From contig OZ242296.1 of assembly GCA_965207735.1 (NCBI GenBank), forward strand, positions 64,001-128,000: a stretch of 64,000 bases of DNA. The letters run 5' to 3'. The stretch comes from Candidatus Versatilivorator sp. GTDB taxonomy: Bacteria; Acidobacteriota; Terriglobia; Versatilivoradales; Versatilivoraceae. Below are positions 8,915 through 18,218 of this stretch, one piece after another; the stretch's first letter is position 1; the number at the start of each line of letters is the position of its first letter. The notes beneath the pieces are model-generated. The model had not been told where the DNA came from. It saw only the letters and a program-made list of their open reading frames with translations, and searched no databases. Made by a program: the position numbers and the translations under genes.

Positions 8915-9918
8915 AACCCGCATTTCTCAGTGCGCCATGGAAAGGCGCCTTCTTCCAACGGGTGCGAAACCCGTCCAACAACTGTCGCTCCGGTTGGTAG
9001 CAGCCAGGGCGGATCATGGAGGTAACGATATGGTCTGAAGCCCTCTGGTGTCAAAGGGCCGCTTAAGGCGGTTCAGCGAGCATGCGGGCCGGAACGCGAG
9101 TGAACGTCGAGCAGGCCTCGAAACGGGCAATGCGGGGGCCGACCCACCTGAGAAATGGGGAAGGCCGAAGACGGAGGGGGAAGCGAGCGACGCGGGCACC
9201 CCTTTGGACCCGCCGGGGTAGTGGCGCTGGCACGCATGGAAGGGGAAGAAGGCAGCAACATGGGAAGCCCTGTGGGTGGTGAGGCACGCACCGAACCGGA
9301 AGCTCGCGAGAGTCAGTCTAGGCCGACAGGGTGGCGGAGAGGCCTGTAGTACCGGAGAAGCCGGGTAATACCGGTGGAGGGAAGGGGCCTCAGGTGAGGA
9401 GCGGTGACCGAAGGGGGAAGGGTCCCGGGAGTGGCGAAAGCCTGAAACCCCGACCAAAAAAGGGCCGGAGACTCCGGAAGCATCACATGCAAAAGTGAAA
9501 GGGTCGTCGGAGGAGGACGGCGTCGTCAGGGCATCAACAGGCCTGGCGGCAACCCGGGAGCGGAAGTGGATGGAGTGGGGGACGGGTGCCAATCCCATAG
9601 GAGTCGTCCACGGATGCGAGCGGGGACCTGTGTGCGAGACGCATGATCCCACTGGAGAGCCGAGATGCGGGAAAACCGCACGTCCGGTTCGGAGAGCGGG
9701 GACTGGAAACGTGATAAGGGAGCCGGACTGAGGCCCGAAGCGAAAGCGACGGAATAGCCACCGGACCCTATAGTCAACGCGCCAGTCCTCGACTCTACCC
9801 AGGGGGGCATGCCCAGCGCAGTCTGTTACCCACAAGCCCTTACCATGGATCCAATCAAAGTACTGAAGATAAACTACTTTTCGTCATGGCACCAGCGACC
9901 TGGCGAGAAATGCGGGTT
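8915..9918. mobile_element. ~135-bp MITE/REP-like element split by the intron
   Basis: Joined exons give AACCCGCATTTCTCA|CCAGG, the inverted complement (19/20) of CCTGGCGAGAAATGCGGGTT at 9899-9918. Confidence 0.75.
8930..9798 (+). ncRNA. ORF-less group II intron (IIB-like ribozyme)
   Basis: 5' GTGCG at 8930. D3-like GCGGAG...GTAGTACCGGAGAAGCCGGGTAATACCGGTGGAGGGAAGGGGCC. D5 GAGCCGAGATGCGGGAAAACCGCACGTCCGGTTC (9657-9690). D6 with bulged A at 9792 and 3' end CTCTAC. No RT ORF. Confidence 0.92.
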
Positions 9919-9924
9919 CGACCC

Positions 9925-10386
9925 ATGAAACTGATCCTGCGGTGGGTCGGGAAGACCAGAAATCCCCATCTGTCGGCACTCATCGCTGACTTCCAAGCTC
10001 GGATCGGAGCCTTGGCGGATCTGACTCTTTCCGAAGTCAAGGGCGTTGAGTTTCGGGATCCTGTCCGGGCTGTCGAGGCCGAGGGCCGACACCTGCTCAG
10101 AGGACTTGGCCGGGATGACTATCTGATTGCCATGGACCCCCAAGGCCAACCGTTGAATACGGAGGGATTTGCCCAGTTCATTGCCGATCGGAGGGAATAC
10201 TCCCTGAAGCGGATGGTGTTTGTCCTTGGGGGGCCGGATGGGTTGTCTGAGGCGGTCCGAAGCCGCAGCCAACGAGTCATTTCTCTTTCTTCCATGACCT
10301 TCAGCCACGAGATCGCGCGCTTGCTGCTGCTGGAGCAGATTTATCGGGCCTTCACCCTGGTCCATCGCATTCCCTACCACAAATAA
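9925..10386 (+). CDS. rlmH: 23S rRNA (pseudouridine1915-N3)-methyltransferase
   Basis: FVLGGPDGL, SLSSMTFSHEIARLLLLEQIYRA, PYHK. Conserved synteny after rsfS. Confidence 0.95.
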   Translation: MKLILRWVGKTRNPHLSALIADFQARIGALADLTLSEVKGVEFRDPVRAVEAEGRHLLRGLGRDDYLIAMDPQGQPLNTEGFAQFIADRREYSLKRMVFVLGGPDGLSEAVRSRSQRVISLSSMTFSHEIARLLLLEQIYRAFTLVHRIPYHK

Positions 10387-10495
10387 CTTGGGTTTTACCG
10401 CATTTTTGGGGTAGTATTCCCGATTTCGTCGGCCCTGTACGCGGCGGATGCGCGAGGCCGTCATCGCCTCAACCCCGCGTTCGGATGTCATGGTC

Positions 10496-10867
10496 ATGGA
10501 TGCCAGAAGACTCGACCGCTTCAGGAAGAAGCTGCTGACAAAGAAAGAAGAGCTGTACCGGATGGTCTCCAAGACGGAGCAGTATGGCCGGGAGGCTGAC
10601 GAGGAGAGTTCCCAGGACGTTGCCGACAAGGCAGCCAGCTCCTACACCAAGGAGTTTCTCTTCAGCCACAGCAGCAGCGAGCGCTCCATCATGCAACTGG
10701 TGGAGGAGGCCTTGGCCAGGGTCGAGGGCGGCTCATTCGGCGTATGCATCGCTTGCGAGAGCGCCATTCAAGCCCGAAGGCTGGAAGCGGTTCCATGGAC
10801 TCGGTACTGCATTAGCTGCCAGGAAAAGCAGGAACAAGGTCTTCTGGAGGAATCCCGCTTTTACTAA
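10496..10867 (+). CDS. DksA/TraR family C4 zinc-finger protein
   Basis: DVADKA, FGVCIACESAIQARRLEAVPWTRYCISCQE. Confidence 0.9.
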   Translation: MDARRLDRFRKKLLTKKEELYRMVSKTEQYGREADEESSQDVADKAASSYTKEFLFSHSSSERSIMQLVEEALARVEGGSFGVCIACESAIQARRLEAVPWTRYCISCQEKQEQGLLEESRFY

Positions 10868-10906
10868 TCCCTCAACTAATCCCTCCCTCGCTGTCCGATC
10901 CGTAGT

Positions 10907-11677
10907 TTGAATTCTGTCTTCGGGCGTTTTCGCCCTTTATGCGATTCGCTGGTTTCAGTTCTGTTTCCCGCTACTTGCGCGGTCTGCCAGAGCGCGGTGG
11001 AAACCTTGGACTGCGGGGTCGTTTGCGGGCCTTGCTGGCAGCGGGTTTCTCGGCTGGAGGGAATTCTGTGCGACCTGTGCGGCTACGCCTTTGCTTCCCG
11101 AAATCTGCCGGCCGAGAAGGTCTTGTGTGCGGCCTGCCGCCAAGGGTACTTCCACTTCGATTTCGCCCGATCCTGGTCCAGACTGGAGGAGCCGCTCCAG
11201 GGGATCATCCACCAGTTCAAGTACGGCTCCCATCCCAGCCTGGCCCGTCCCCTGGCCCGGCTGCTCCACGCGCTATGGGTGCAGGCCTATCGGGACCGGA
11301 CTCTCGACATGATCGTGCCGGTGCCCCTCCACAGGGCGCGCCAGAGGGAGCGCGGATTCAACCAGTCCCGGTTGCTGGCCCGGCACCTGAGTCGCTGGAC
11401 GCAAGTCCCTCTGATGGACCGGGTTCTTGTCAGATCTCGGTCGACCGAAGCCCAGGCGGGGCTCTCTCGCGAGCAGCGGCGCCGGAATATCCAGGGCGCG
11501 TTCAGAGTGGCGGATCGGGCGGCCATCCGCGAGCGCGCGGTCCTGCTGGTGGACGATGTTTTCACCACCGGCGCTACCTTGAACGAATGTGCTAGGATGC
11601 TTAGAAAACAGGGGGCGCAACGAGTCGATGTCTTGACCATTGCACGAGTCGTGGCCTGGTCAATCCCGCCTGTGTGA
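10907..11677 (+). CDS. comF: ComF family protein (zinc ribbon plus PRTase)
   Basis: CxxC pairs, VPVPLH, RGFNQS, LLVDDVFTTGATL. Confidence 0.9.
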   Translation: MNSVFGRFRPLCDSLVSVLFPATCAVCQSAVETLDCGVVCGPCWQRVSRLEGILCDLCGYAFASRNLPAEKVLCAACRQGYFHFDFARSWSRLEEPLQGIIHQFKYGSHPSLARPLARLLHALWVQAYRDRTLDMIVPVPLHRARQRERGFNQSRLLARHLSRWTQVPLMDRVLVRSRSTEAQAGLSREQRRRNIQGAFRVADRAAIRERAVLLVDDVFTTGATLNECARMLRKQGAQRVDVLTIARVVAWSIPPV

Positions 11678-12750
11678 GCCTCATGGCACGGTTCAGTTCC
11701 ATTGCCAATGCCGCCGCGGCCAGTGGATTCTTGTGGGGCCTGTGGTATGTCTTGGCTCCGGCCGGAATCGAACCGCCTGCCCGCGCAAACCCGGTTTCCC
11801 TTCCTGATGAGACCGCGTTCCGGCAGGACTATTTTCTCAGTCCCGACTATCTCCCGCTGCAGCTCGGCAACCGCTGGATCTATGAGCGGGAGGACAGCCG
11901 ATTTCAGAGGACGGCTCAAGTCAAGGTTGAGATTATCGCCAGACCGATCCTGCAGTGGACCACCTACTATGTCTTCAATCATCTTCCGTTTGTGCCGGGT
12001 CTGGAGGGCGAACCAAACGTGGTGGTCCGCTACGATCAAGACAAGCGCCGGTACCTTCGCTTGATTGCTCAGGATCAGGACCGGGAGGAAATTCCCCTGT
12101 TTCCCGTGGGGGAATCGGCCGACGCTGTCATTGACCAGTCTCCGGACGATGACGGACTGCCGGTGGCCAACCGTTTGAGCTACCTGACCTGTCCCGATTG
12201 TGAGTCTTCAGGCCTGGAGATGATCTTCGACCGCGGTTTGGGGATTGTGGAGGTCGGAATCTTTTCCGACTGGGGGTCGGAGTCCTACCGACTGAAATCC
12301 GCCGTGGTCAACGGCCGCAATTTCGGCGAACCCATGCAGCCGGAGACCGAACCCGAGCGAGCGAGGTCCGAAGTGGTAATCAGCCGGGCCGACCCCATGC
12401 TGAGCCTGGAACTCCAGAAGAAGCCCCAGGCTGTCGATCTGCTGTTTGTCGTCAAGAACCCGACCGACTACTTTCTGAGCTTCAACTTTGACTCCAGCCA
12501 GACCTACGACTTTGTCATCCGGGAAAAGCAGACGGGGTTCGAAGTCTGGCGCTGGTCGAAGGGCTACTTCTTTACACCGGTAATCCGCAGCCATGCCCTG
12601 CTGCCTCAGAAGGAATGGAAGTTCAAGGAGGTGTGGAACTTGAAGGACAACGAACGCAATGACATCAGGCTGGGGGCCTACGAGGCCGTGGCCATACTCA
12701 CCTCCCAGGTTCCCCGCGAATCCACGGCAGTCGACATCGTGCTGCCTTAA
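11674..12750 (+). CDS. Hypothetical exported protein with a C-terminal BsuPI-like domain
   Basis: N-terminal hydrophobic segment, DYLPLQLGNRWIY, C-terminal FDSSQTYDFVI...EVWRWSKGYFF. Confidence 0.6.
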   Translation: MSLMARFSSIANAAAASGFLWGLWYVLAPAGIEPPARANPVSLPDETAFRQDYFLSPDYLPLQLGNRWIYEREDSRFQRTAQVKVEIIARPILQWTTYYVFNHLPFVPGLEGEPNVVVRYDQDKRRYLRLIAQDQDREEIPLFPVGESADAVIDQSPDDDGLPVANRLSYLTCPDCESSGLEMIFDRGLGIVEVGIFSDWGSESYRLKSAVVNGRNFGEPMQPETEPERARSEVVISRADPMLSLELQKKPQAVDLLFVVKNPTDYFLSFNFDSSQTYDFVIREKQTGFEVWRWSKGYFFTPVIRSHALLPQKEWKFKEVWNLKDNERNDIRLGAYEAVAILTSQVPRESTAVDIVLP

Positions 12751-13100
12751 GGCAGGGTCCACAACAGGTAGGCGGCCACTACCGTTCCCGTCACGGCTCC
12801 TCCGTAACAGAAGAGGTTGATGGCCGGATTGAGGTGCTTGATCTGCAGGCCGTCGTAGAGGGTGAAGCGAAATCGATGAGCCCAGTGAAAGAGCGACAGA
12901 AAGCAGAGCAGGAACAGGCCCAGCCGGGCCAGCGGATGTCGGACCAGTTCCAGCGTTCTCTCGTAGCCGGGTGATTGCAACCACTCCAGTGGGAAAGCCA
13001 ACCCGTAAAGAAAGAGGAGAATGGGGATCAGAAATGCGGCCGCCACACCTCCCCCGCTGAAGAGGGCCCAGAGAAAAGGCTCGTTGGATCGATTGGCCAT
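12747..13100 (-). CDS. frdD: Fumarate reductase anchor subunit D
   Basis: RSNEPFLWALFSGGG, HWAHR...CYGGA. Confidence 0.9.
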   Translation of the reverse strand: MANRSNEPFLWALFSGGGVAAAFLIPILLFLYGLAFPLEWLQSPGYERTLELVRHPLARLGLFLLCFLSLFHWAHRFRFTLYDGLQIKHLNPAINLFCYGGAVTGTVVAAYLLWTLP

Positions 13101-13103
13101 GGG

Positions 13104-13523
13104 TCAACCCTGTCGCATGAGAAGAAATACAATCAGCCCGGAAATCGCCAGCCAAGCCGCGTAGTTGGGGGCGGCCACCAGCACGTTGGGGAGCCGTTTG
13201 CCTCGCAAGCGGACCACCATCGCCTTGGGAGTCAAGTTGAACCAGGTCACCGCGTGAAAGAGCACGAACAGAAAGCTGACGCCGTTGAGAATTACCAGCC
13301 ACGGGTTCTTGAGCCAGTCCTGGAACCCCTGATAGGCTTCAGGCCCTCCCCTCAAGGCGTGGAGCTGCAACAGAAGGATCACCACGTAAAAGGCCACAAA
13401 GACACTGCTGAGCTCCCTCAGCATGAACTTCAGGTACGACCACTTTCGGCTCCACCATAGGGTTGAGACCCGGGTTCGGTGCCATTTGGGATGGTACTGG
13501 CGATAAGCCGTGGATGGCTTCAT
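13104..13523 (-). CDS. frdC: Fumarate reductase anchor subunit C
   Basis: WW...[24 protein letters not shown] overlap with frdB. Confidence 0.9.
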   Translation of the reverse strand: MKPSTAYRQYHPKWHRTRVSTLWWSRKWSYLKFMLRELSSVFVAFYVVILLLQLHALRGGPEAYQGFQDWLKNPWLVILNGVSFLFVLFHAVTWFNLTPKAMVVRLRGKRLPNVLVAAPNYAAWLAISGLIVFLLMRQG

Positions 13524-14263
13524 TGCTTGCTCCAGGGCATCAGGAAGGATTTGAACCATTCCTTGGTGGCCGCGAGCTTGTATTGCTGGATGGCTCCCGC
13601 CGGATCCACGTTCTTGGGACAGACCTCGGTGCACTCGCCCACGAAGGTGCATCCCCAAATTCCCTCGTGCTGGGAGAGGACATCCATACGGTCTTGCTCA
13701 CCCTGGTCGCGGGAATCGAGATTGTATCGCTGCGCCAGGGCAATGGCGGCCGGTCCCACGAATTGCGGGTCGAGGGCGTAAACCGGGCAGGCGGCGTAGC
13801 AGATCATGCAGTTGATGCACATGCTGAACTGCTTGTAGATGTCCAACTGCTCCGGAGTTTGCAGAAATTCTCCCTTCGCGGGGGCAGGATCATTCTCTCG
13901 GACGATCCAGGGTTTCACCGCCTGCAGTTTTTCCAGAAAATCGGTCATTTCGATGACCAGATCCCGAACGACCGGAAAGTTTTGGAGGGGCTCCACGCGA
14001 ATAGGTCCGGGAAGATAATGGGACAGGAAAGTGGCGCAGGTCAGCTTGGGTTCGCCGTTCACGGTCATGCCGCAACTGCCGCAGACGCCCATGCGGCAGG
14101 ACCAGCGAAACGAGAGGGAACCATCCACATGGTCCTTGATGTAATTCAAGGCGTCGAGAACCACCCAGTCCTTGTTGAAGGGCACCTCGTAGGATTGTAA
14201 GGTGGGTTCACCCTCCTGCTCTGGTCGGTATCGAGCCACTTCGATGGTTATCGTTTCGGCCAT
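13520..14263 (-). CDS. frdB: Fumarate reductase Fe-S subunit
   Basis: [42 protein letters not shown]. Confidence 0.95.
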   Translation of the reverse strand: MAETITIEVARYRPEQEGEPTLQSYEVPFNKDWVVLDALNYIKDHVDGSLSFRWSCRMGVCGSCGMTVNGEPKLTCATFLSHYLPGPIRVEPLQNFPVVRDLVIEMTDFLEKLQAVKPWIVRENDPAPAKGEFLQTPEQLDIYKQFSMCINCMICYAACPVYALDPQFVGPAAIALAQRYNLDSRDQGEQDRMDVLSQHEGIWGCTFVGECTEVCPKNVDPAGAIQQYKLAATKEWFKSFLMPWSKQ

Positions 14264-14349
14264 ATTTCCTCTAGCGCGGTTGATTCCCGGGTGTCCATTG
14301 GTTCAAATCCAGTCCGGCTGCCCTCGAGACACTCCCGTCCTGTCAGTCT

Positions 14350-16134
14350 TTACCCCGGTGGCGTCTTGGCCGCCGGGCGGCCGTAAACCCGTTCGCCCGG
14401 GGGCCAGCGGGTGATGGTGACCGGAAGGTACTCGACCTCTGGTCGATCCCCGGGACGGTGCGAGACCAGGGAGTGTGCCAGAAACCGCTCGTCGTCCCGC
14501 CGTGGAAAATCGTTCCGCTGATGAGCTCCCCGGGACTCGGTTCGATGCAGGGCGCTCTCGACCACGGCTTCGGCGACATCCAACATGTATGAGAGCTCCA
14601 GGGCGGCCGTCAATTCGGTGTTGAAGGTGTGGCTGTGGTCCTGGATGGCTACCTGTCGGAAACGTTCCTTCAGTTCGGCTATATTGGCCTGAGCCTCTTC
14701 CAGCAGAGCCCCCGTGCGGTAGATCCCGGCGCTTTTTTCCATGGTGGACTGCATTTCCCCGCGCAGGCCCGCAATGGGCTCGGTGCCGCCGCTCTTGTGA
14801 AGAAACTCCTGTTCCAGGCGCTTTTTCTCATCGGCCGCCTGGGCCTCGATCCCGGCGCTCACCGGCTTGTTCTGCAATGCGTATTCAGCCGCCGCCCGCC
14901 CCGCCCGGGCGCCGAAAACCAGAAGCTCGGTCAAGGAATTGGAGCCCAGACGGTTGGCTCCGTTGATACTCACACAGGCCACTTCGCCCGCGGCGAACAG
15001 GCCCGCCAGGGGCGTGGCTCCCTGGATGTCGGTATGGACGCCGCCCATCATGTAGTGAACCACCGGGCGGACCGGAATCAGTTGGCTCACCGGGTCGATA
15101 TTCTCGTACTTGAGGCAGAGTTCGCGAACGAAGGGCAACTTGGTGTCGATGATCTTCTTGCCCAGGTGGGTGAGGTCAAGATGGACGTAGGGTCCGTAAG
15201 GCCCCTCGAGCGTGCGACCCTTATCCAACTCCTTCATGAAGGCCTGTGACAAGCGGTCCCGAGGACCCAGTTCCATGGACCGCAGCACCGGCTTGGGCTG
15301 AGGCGTCCCCAGATCGTAGTCCTGCAGGTAGCGGTATCCGTCCTTGTTGAGCAGGAACCCGCCTTCGGCTCTGGAGGCTTCGGTGATCAGAATCCCGGTG
15401 AAAGGGAGTCCGGTCGGATGGTACTGCACGAACTCCATATCCTTCAGGGGCACTCCCGCGCGGTAGGCCAGGGCCATGCCGTCACCGTTCTTGATGTTGG
15501 CATTGGTGGTGAAAGGAAACACCTTGCCGCAACCGCCGGTGCAAATGATGACGGACTTGGCGGTGATGGCCTGGATCCTTCCCGTCATCAGTTCGATGGC
15601 CACCACGCCTTGCACGCGGCCGTCCTCCACCAGAAGCCTGGTGACGAACCATTCGTCGTAGCGGGTGATGGACCTGTATTTCAGGGAGGTCTGAAAGAGC
15701 GCGTGGAGCATGTGGAAGCCGGTCTTGTCGGCGGCGAACCAGGTGCGTTCCTTCTTCATTCCGCCGAAGGGACGAACGGCCACCCGCCCGTCCGGTTCCC
15801 GGCTCCAGGGGCAACCCCAGTGCTCCAGTTGAAGCATCTCCCGTGGGGCCTCGTTGACGAAGAGCTCCACGGCATCCTGGTCGCACATCCAGTCCCCGCC
15901 GGAGATGGTGTCGTAGGCGTGTTCCTCCAGGCTGTCGCCCTCCTTGATAACGGCCGCGGCTCCGCCCTCGGCCGAGACCGTGTGGCTCCTCATGGGATAA
16001 ACCTTGGAGACCACCGCCACGCTCAGATTGGGGTCAACCTCGGAGACGGCAATGGCGGCTCTCAGGCCCGCCCCTCCGCCACCCACCAAGAGCACGTCAT
16101 GGGAAGGCGTTTCTGAAGACACACTGTCTATCAT
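14350..16134 (-). CDS. frdA: Fumarate reductase flavoprotein
   Basis: [13 protein letters not shown]-attachment His, [29 protein letters not shown]. Confidence 0.95.
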   Translation of the reverse strand: MIDSVSSETPSHDVLLVGGGGAGLRAAIAVSEVDPNLSVAVVSKVYPMRSHTVSAEGGAAAVIKEGDSLEEHAYDTISGGDWMCDQDAVELFVNEAPREMLQLEHWGCPWSREPDGRVAVRPFGGMKKERTWFAADKTGFHMLHALFQTSLKYRSITRYDEWFVTRLLVEDGRVQGVVAIELMTGRIQAITAKSVIICTGGCGKVFPFTTNANIKNGDGMALAYRAGVPLKDMEFVQYHPTGLPFTGILITEASRAEGGFLLNKDGYRYLQDYDLGTPQPKPVLRSMELGPRDRLSQAFMKELDKGRTLEGPYGPYVHLDLTHLGKKIIDTKLPFVRELCLKYENIDPVSQLIPVRPVVHYMMGGVHTDIQGATPLAGLFAAGEVACVSINGANRLGSNSLTELLVFGARAGRAAAEYALQNKPVSAGIEAQAADEKKRLEQEFLHKSGGTEPIAGLRGEMQSTMEKSAGIYRTGALLEEAQANIAELKERFRQVAIQDHSHTFNTELTAALELSYMLDVAEAVVESALHRTESRGAHQRNDFPRRDDERFLAHSLVSHRPGDRPEVEYLPVTITRWPPGERVYGRPAAKTPPG

Positions 16135-16149
16135 GATGTTTCCAGCAGC

Positions 16150-16168
16150 CCGGTGAGAAATGCGGGCC
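16150..16168 (-). repeat. Solo copy of the CCCGCATTTCTCACC repeat end
   Basis: CCGGTGAGAAATGCGGGCC, 16 nt upstream of the frdA start. Confidence 0.6.
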
Positions 16169-16436
16169 AGGGCTTGCCTGTTTCCCTACAGAATTCTCGA
16201 CCGCCTGAAGCGGATTGCGTGAGGACTTGGCAGGATGGTTGGGACGTCGCGGGACGCGCCAACGGTGGACAACGGTGGAGAGATTACCGCAACCCCTCTT
16301 GCAGAATCAAGAGAGGATTTGGGGAAGGGGTAGAACGGCAGTGGTTAGGGATTGGTTGCGATGATTGGTGCCTGCAAAGCGCATGTACAACACTATCGGC
16401 AGAAGGTACGCCGTGCCGCCTGCCGTCACTCACGGG

Positions 16437-16790
16437 ACGCCGAGTCTGCCCCCCTCCGGATCGACTGCGGGCTGGCGCCCTTGTCTCTCCGACTCCCCCT
16501 CAAGGGGGGAGTGATACTTGAGGCTTGTAGAGGGCGCCTTGCCCGATTGCTGGGCAGGATGTAAACCATGTTCCCGGTCTAGTGTATAAACTCCGTTCCC
16601 TCTTCATAACACGGATATCACTCCCCCCTTGAGGGGGAGTCGCAGAAGCCGAGCCGAATGGCGAAGGCTGATGCGGTGGGGGGCCAACGCGGCGCCTCCG
16701 AACGGCAGCGCCGAATGGCCAGGCCTTGTGCGCAGGGGGGGGCGCACAACCCCATCCGTCAGGCGAAGGCTGATGCGGTGGGGGGCGGAC
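16437..16790. repeat. REP-doublet (REPIN-like) element, copy 1
   Basis: CGACTCCCCCTCAAGGGGGGAGTGATA (16490-16516) and its exact inverse (16616-16642) around a 99-nt core. Near-identical copy at 56653-56805. Confidence 0.88.
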
Positions 16791-16849
16791 GCCGACGATT
16801 GTAGTGCGTGACATCCTTCCCCTTCGTGCACTACTCATTTGCTCGCCGG

Positions 16850-17326
16850 CTACCCGATGTTCAACCACTTGGCCAGCGCCTTGTCGGGATCCGCCAGTTC
16901 CTCGATCGAGGTATACCAGCTGGCTTTCCAGCCCTTTTCCGGAAGACCGGTGAACACCATCAGGTTGAGAGGATAGGCCTCGCTGTCGCTGCAACGCCGG
17001 AAATCGTCCCGGAACAGGAACACCGGCTTTTCCCAGGCGATCGCCATACCCAACTCCACCATCACGCCTTCGTCCGGGGGGCAGCCGTTGACGACTGCAA
17101 AGAGCCCGTCCGCCTCCCGCACATCGCGAAGGTCGGCCTGACCGGTCCGATAGGCCCAGCTTGCACTGGTCAAATCGATCTGGCTGGTGCGGGCAAAGGG
17201 TTCCCACACCTCGGCGCCCATCGATTCCAGAGCCGCCACCAGTTCCTGCAACGGTCCGTCGCGCTGCTGGGGGGAGAAACCGTATGGATTGGCCAGATAG
17301 AGGGTCTTGGGGGTCGTTGTGCTCAT
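16850..17326 (-). CDS. Nucleoside 2-deoxyribosyltransferase family protein
   Basis: LYLANPYGFS, WEPF, DEGVMVELGMAIA, NLM. Confidence 0.85.
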   Translation of the reverse strand: MSTTTPKTLYLANPYGFSPQQRDGPLQELVAALESMGAEVWEPFARTSQIDLTSASWAYRTGQADLRDVREADGLFAVVNGCPPDEGVMVELGMAIAWEKPVFLFRDDFRRCSDSEAYPLNLMVFTGLPEKGWKASWYTSIEELADPDKALAKWLNIG

Positions 17327-17375
17327 TTCAGCCAAGCTCCGGACAGGAGGAGAGTTGATCGGGTTGCGCCAAGGG

Positions 17376-18218
17376 TTACCTGCCGCTGCTGCCGGACATT
17401 TCACTCAGGAAGTCATCGATCTTCGTCCAGTAGGAGTGCCCCCCTATACCGGACACGTCGTTATGGGCGGCGCCGGGGACCAGCAGCCACTCCTTGGGCT
17501 CCGGGGCCGCTTCAAAGAGGGCTCGGCCCAGGGAAAGGGGGACCGTCCTGTCCCGGTCGCCGTGAATGGCCAGCAAGGGGCAGCTCAGGCCACTGATCTT
17601 GGGCATGGAATCGAAAGGGTCCTTTATCAACAGACCCACGGGCAGAAGGGGGTACCTGTGTTTGCCGACATCCCTCGCCGACGAGAAACCCGATTGGATG
17701 ATGAGTCCGGCAGGAGCGGCCCGGATCGCCATCTCCACCGCCACTCCGGACCCCAGCGATTCTCCAAGGTAGGCCAGTTTTCGACCCGGCTCTCTGGCGA
17801 GCCAGTCCACCGCGGCCTGGGCGTCCCGGTAGAGACCCGCCTCGGTGGGAGTTCCCGGGTTGCCTCCGTATCCGCGGTAATCCAGCAGAAAGAGGCTGTA
17901 GCCCAAGCGGTGAAAGTCCCGGGCCCAGTCGAGGCGATCCATGCGATTACCGCCATTCCCGGGGAAATAGACCAGGGTGAGCGGCCTTTCTCCCGGCCAA
18001 TACCAGCCCGCCAACCGGTTGCCGTCCTCCGTTTCCAGTTCGATCTCCTGGAGTCCCCGATATGCCTCTCCCCGGGGCAGGGGCACCGGATCGGCTTTGG
18101 GGAAGTACTGGAGTTTTCTCTGGAAAAGATAGACGCTTCCGACCAGGACCACATAGATCACCAGCAAGCCTTTCAGGAGCGGCCAGACAAAGGAGAAATC
18201 GTGCTGCGAGGGCGCCAT
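17376..18218 (-). CDS. Membrane-anchored alpha/beta hydrolase (Bem46/ABHD13-like)
   Basis: FQRKLQYFP, FPGNGGN, DYRGYG, GESLG, IHGDRD, GAAHND. Confidence 0.88.
   Translation of the reverse strand: MAPSQHDFSFVWPLLKGLLVIYVVLVGSVYLFQRKLQYFPKADPVPLPRGEAYRGLQEIELETEDGNRLAGWYWPGERPLTLVYFPGNGGNRMDRLDWARDFHRLGYSLFLLDYRGYGGNPGTPTEAGLYRDAQAAVDWLAREPGRKLAYLGESLGSGVAVEMAIRAAPAGLIIQSGFSSARDVGKHRYPLLPVGLLIKDPFDSMPKISGLSCPLLAIHGDRDRTVPLSLGRALFEAAPEPKEWLLVPGAAHNDVSGIGGHSYWTKIDDFLSEMSGSSGR

Noticed and set aside
9014-9835. 273-aa minus-strand ORF and other small ORFs in the intron
   Set aside because: Antisense to the ribozyme, with no RT motif such as YADD
16296-16313. CTCTTG-N6-CAAGAG as an FNR box for frdA
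   Set aside because: Spacing does not fit TTGAT-N4-ATCAA
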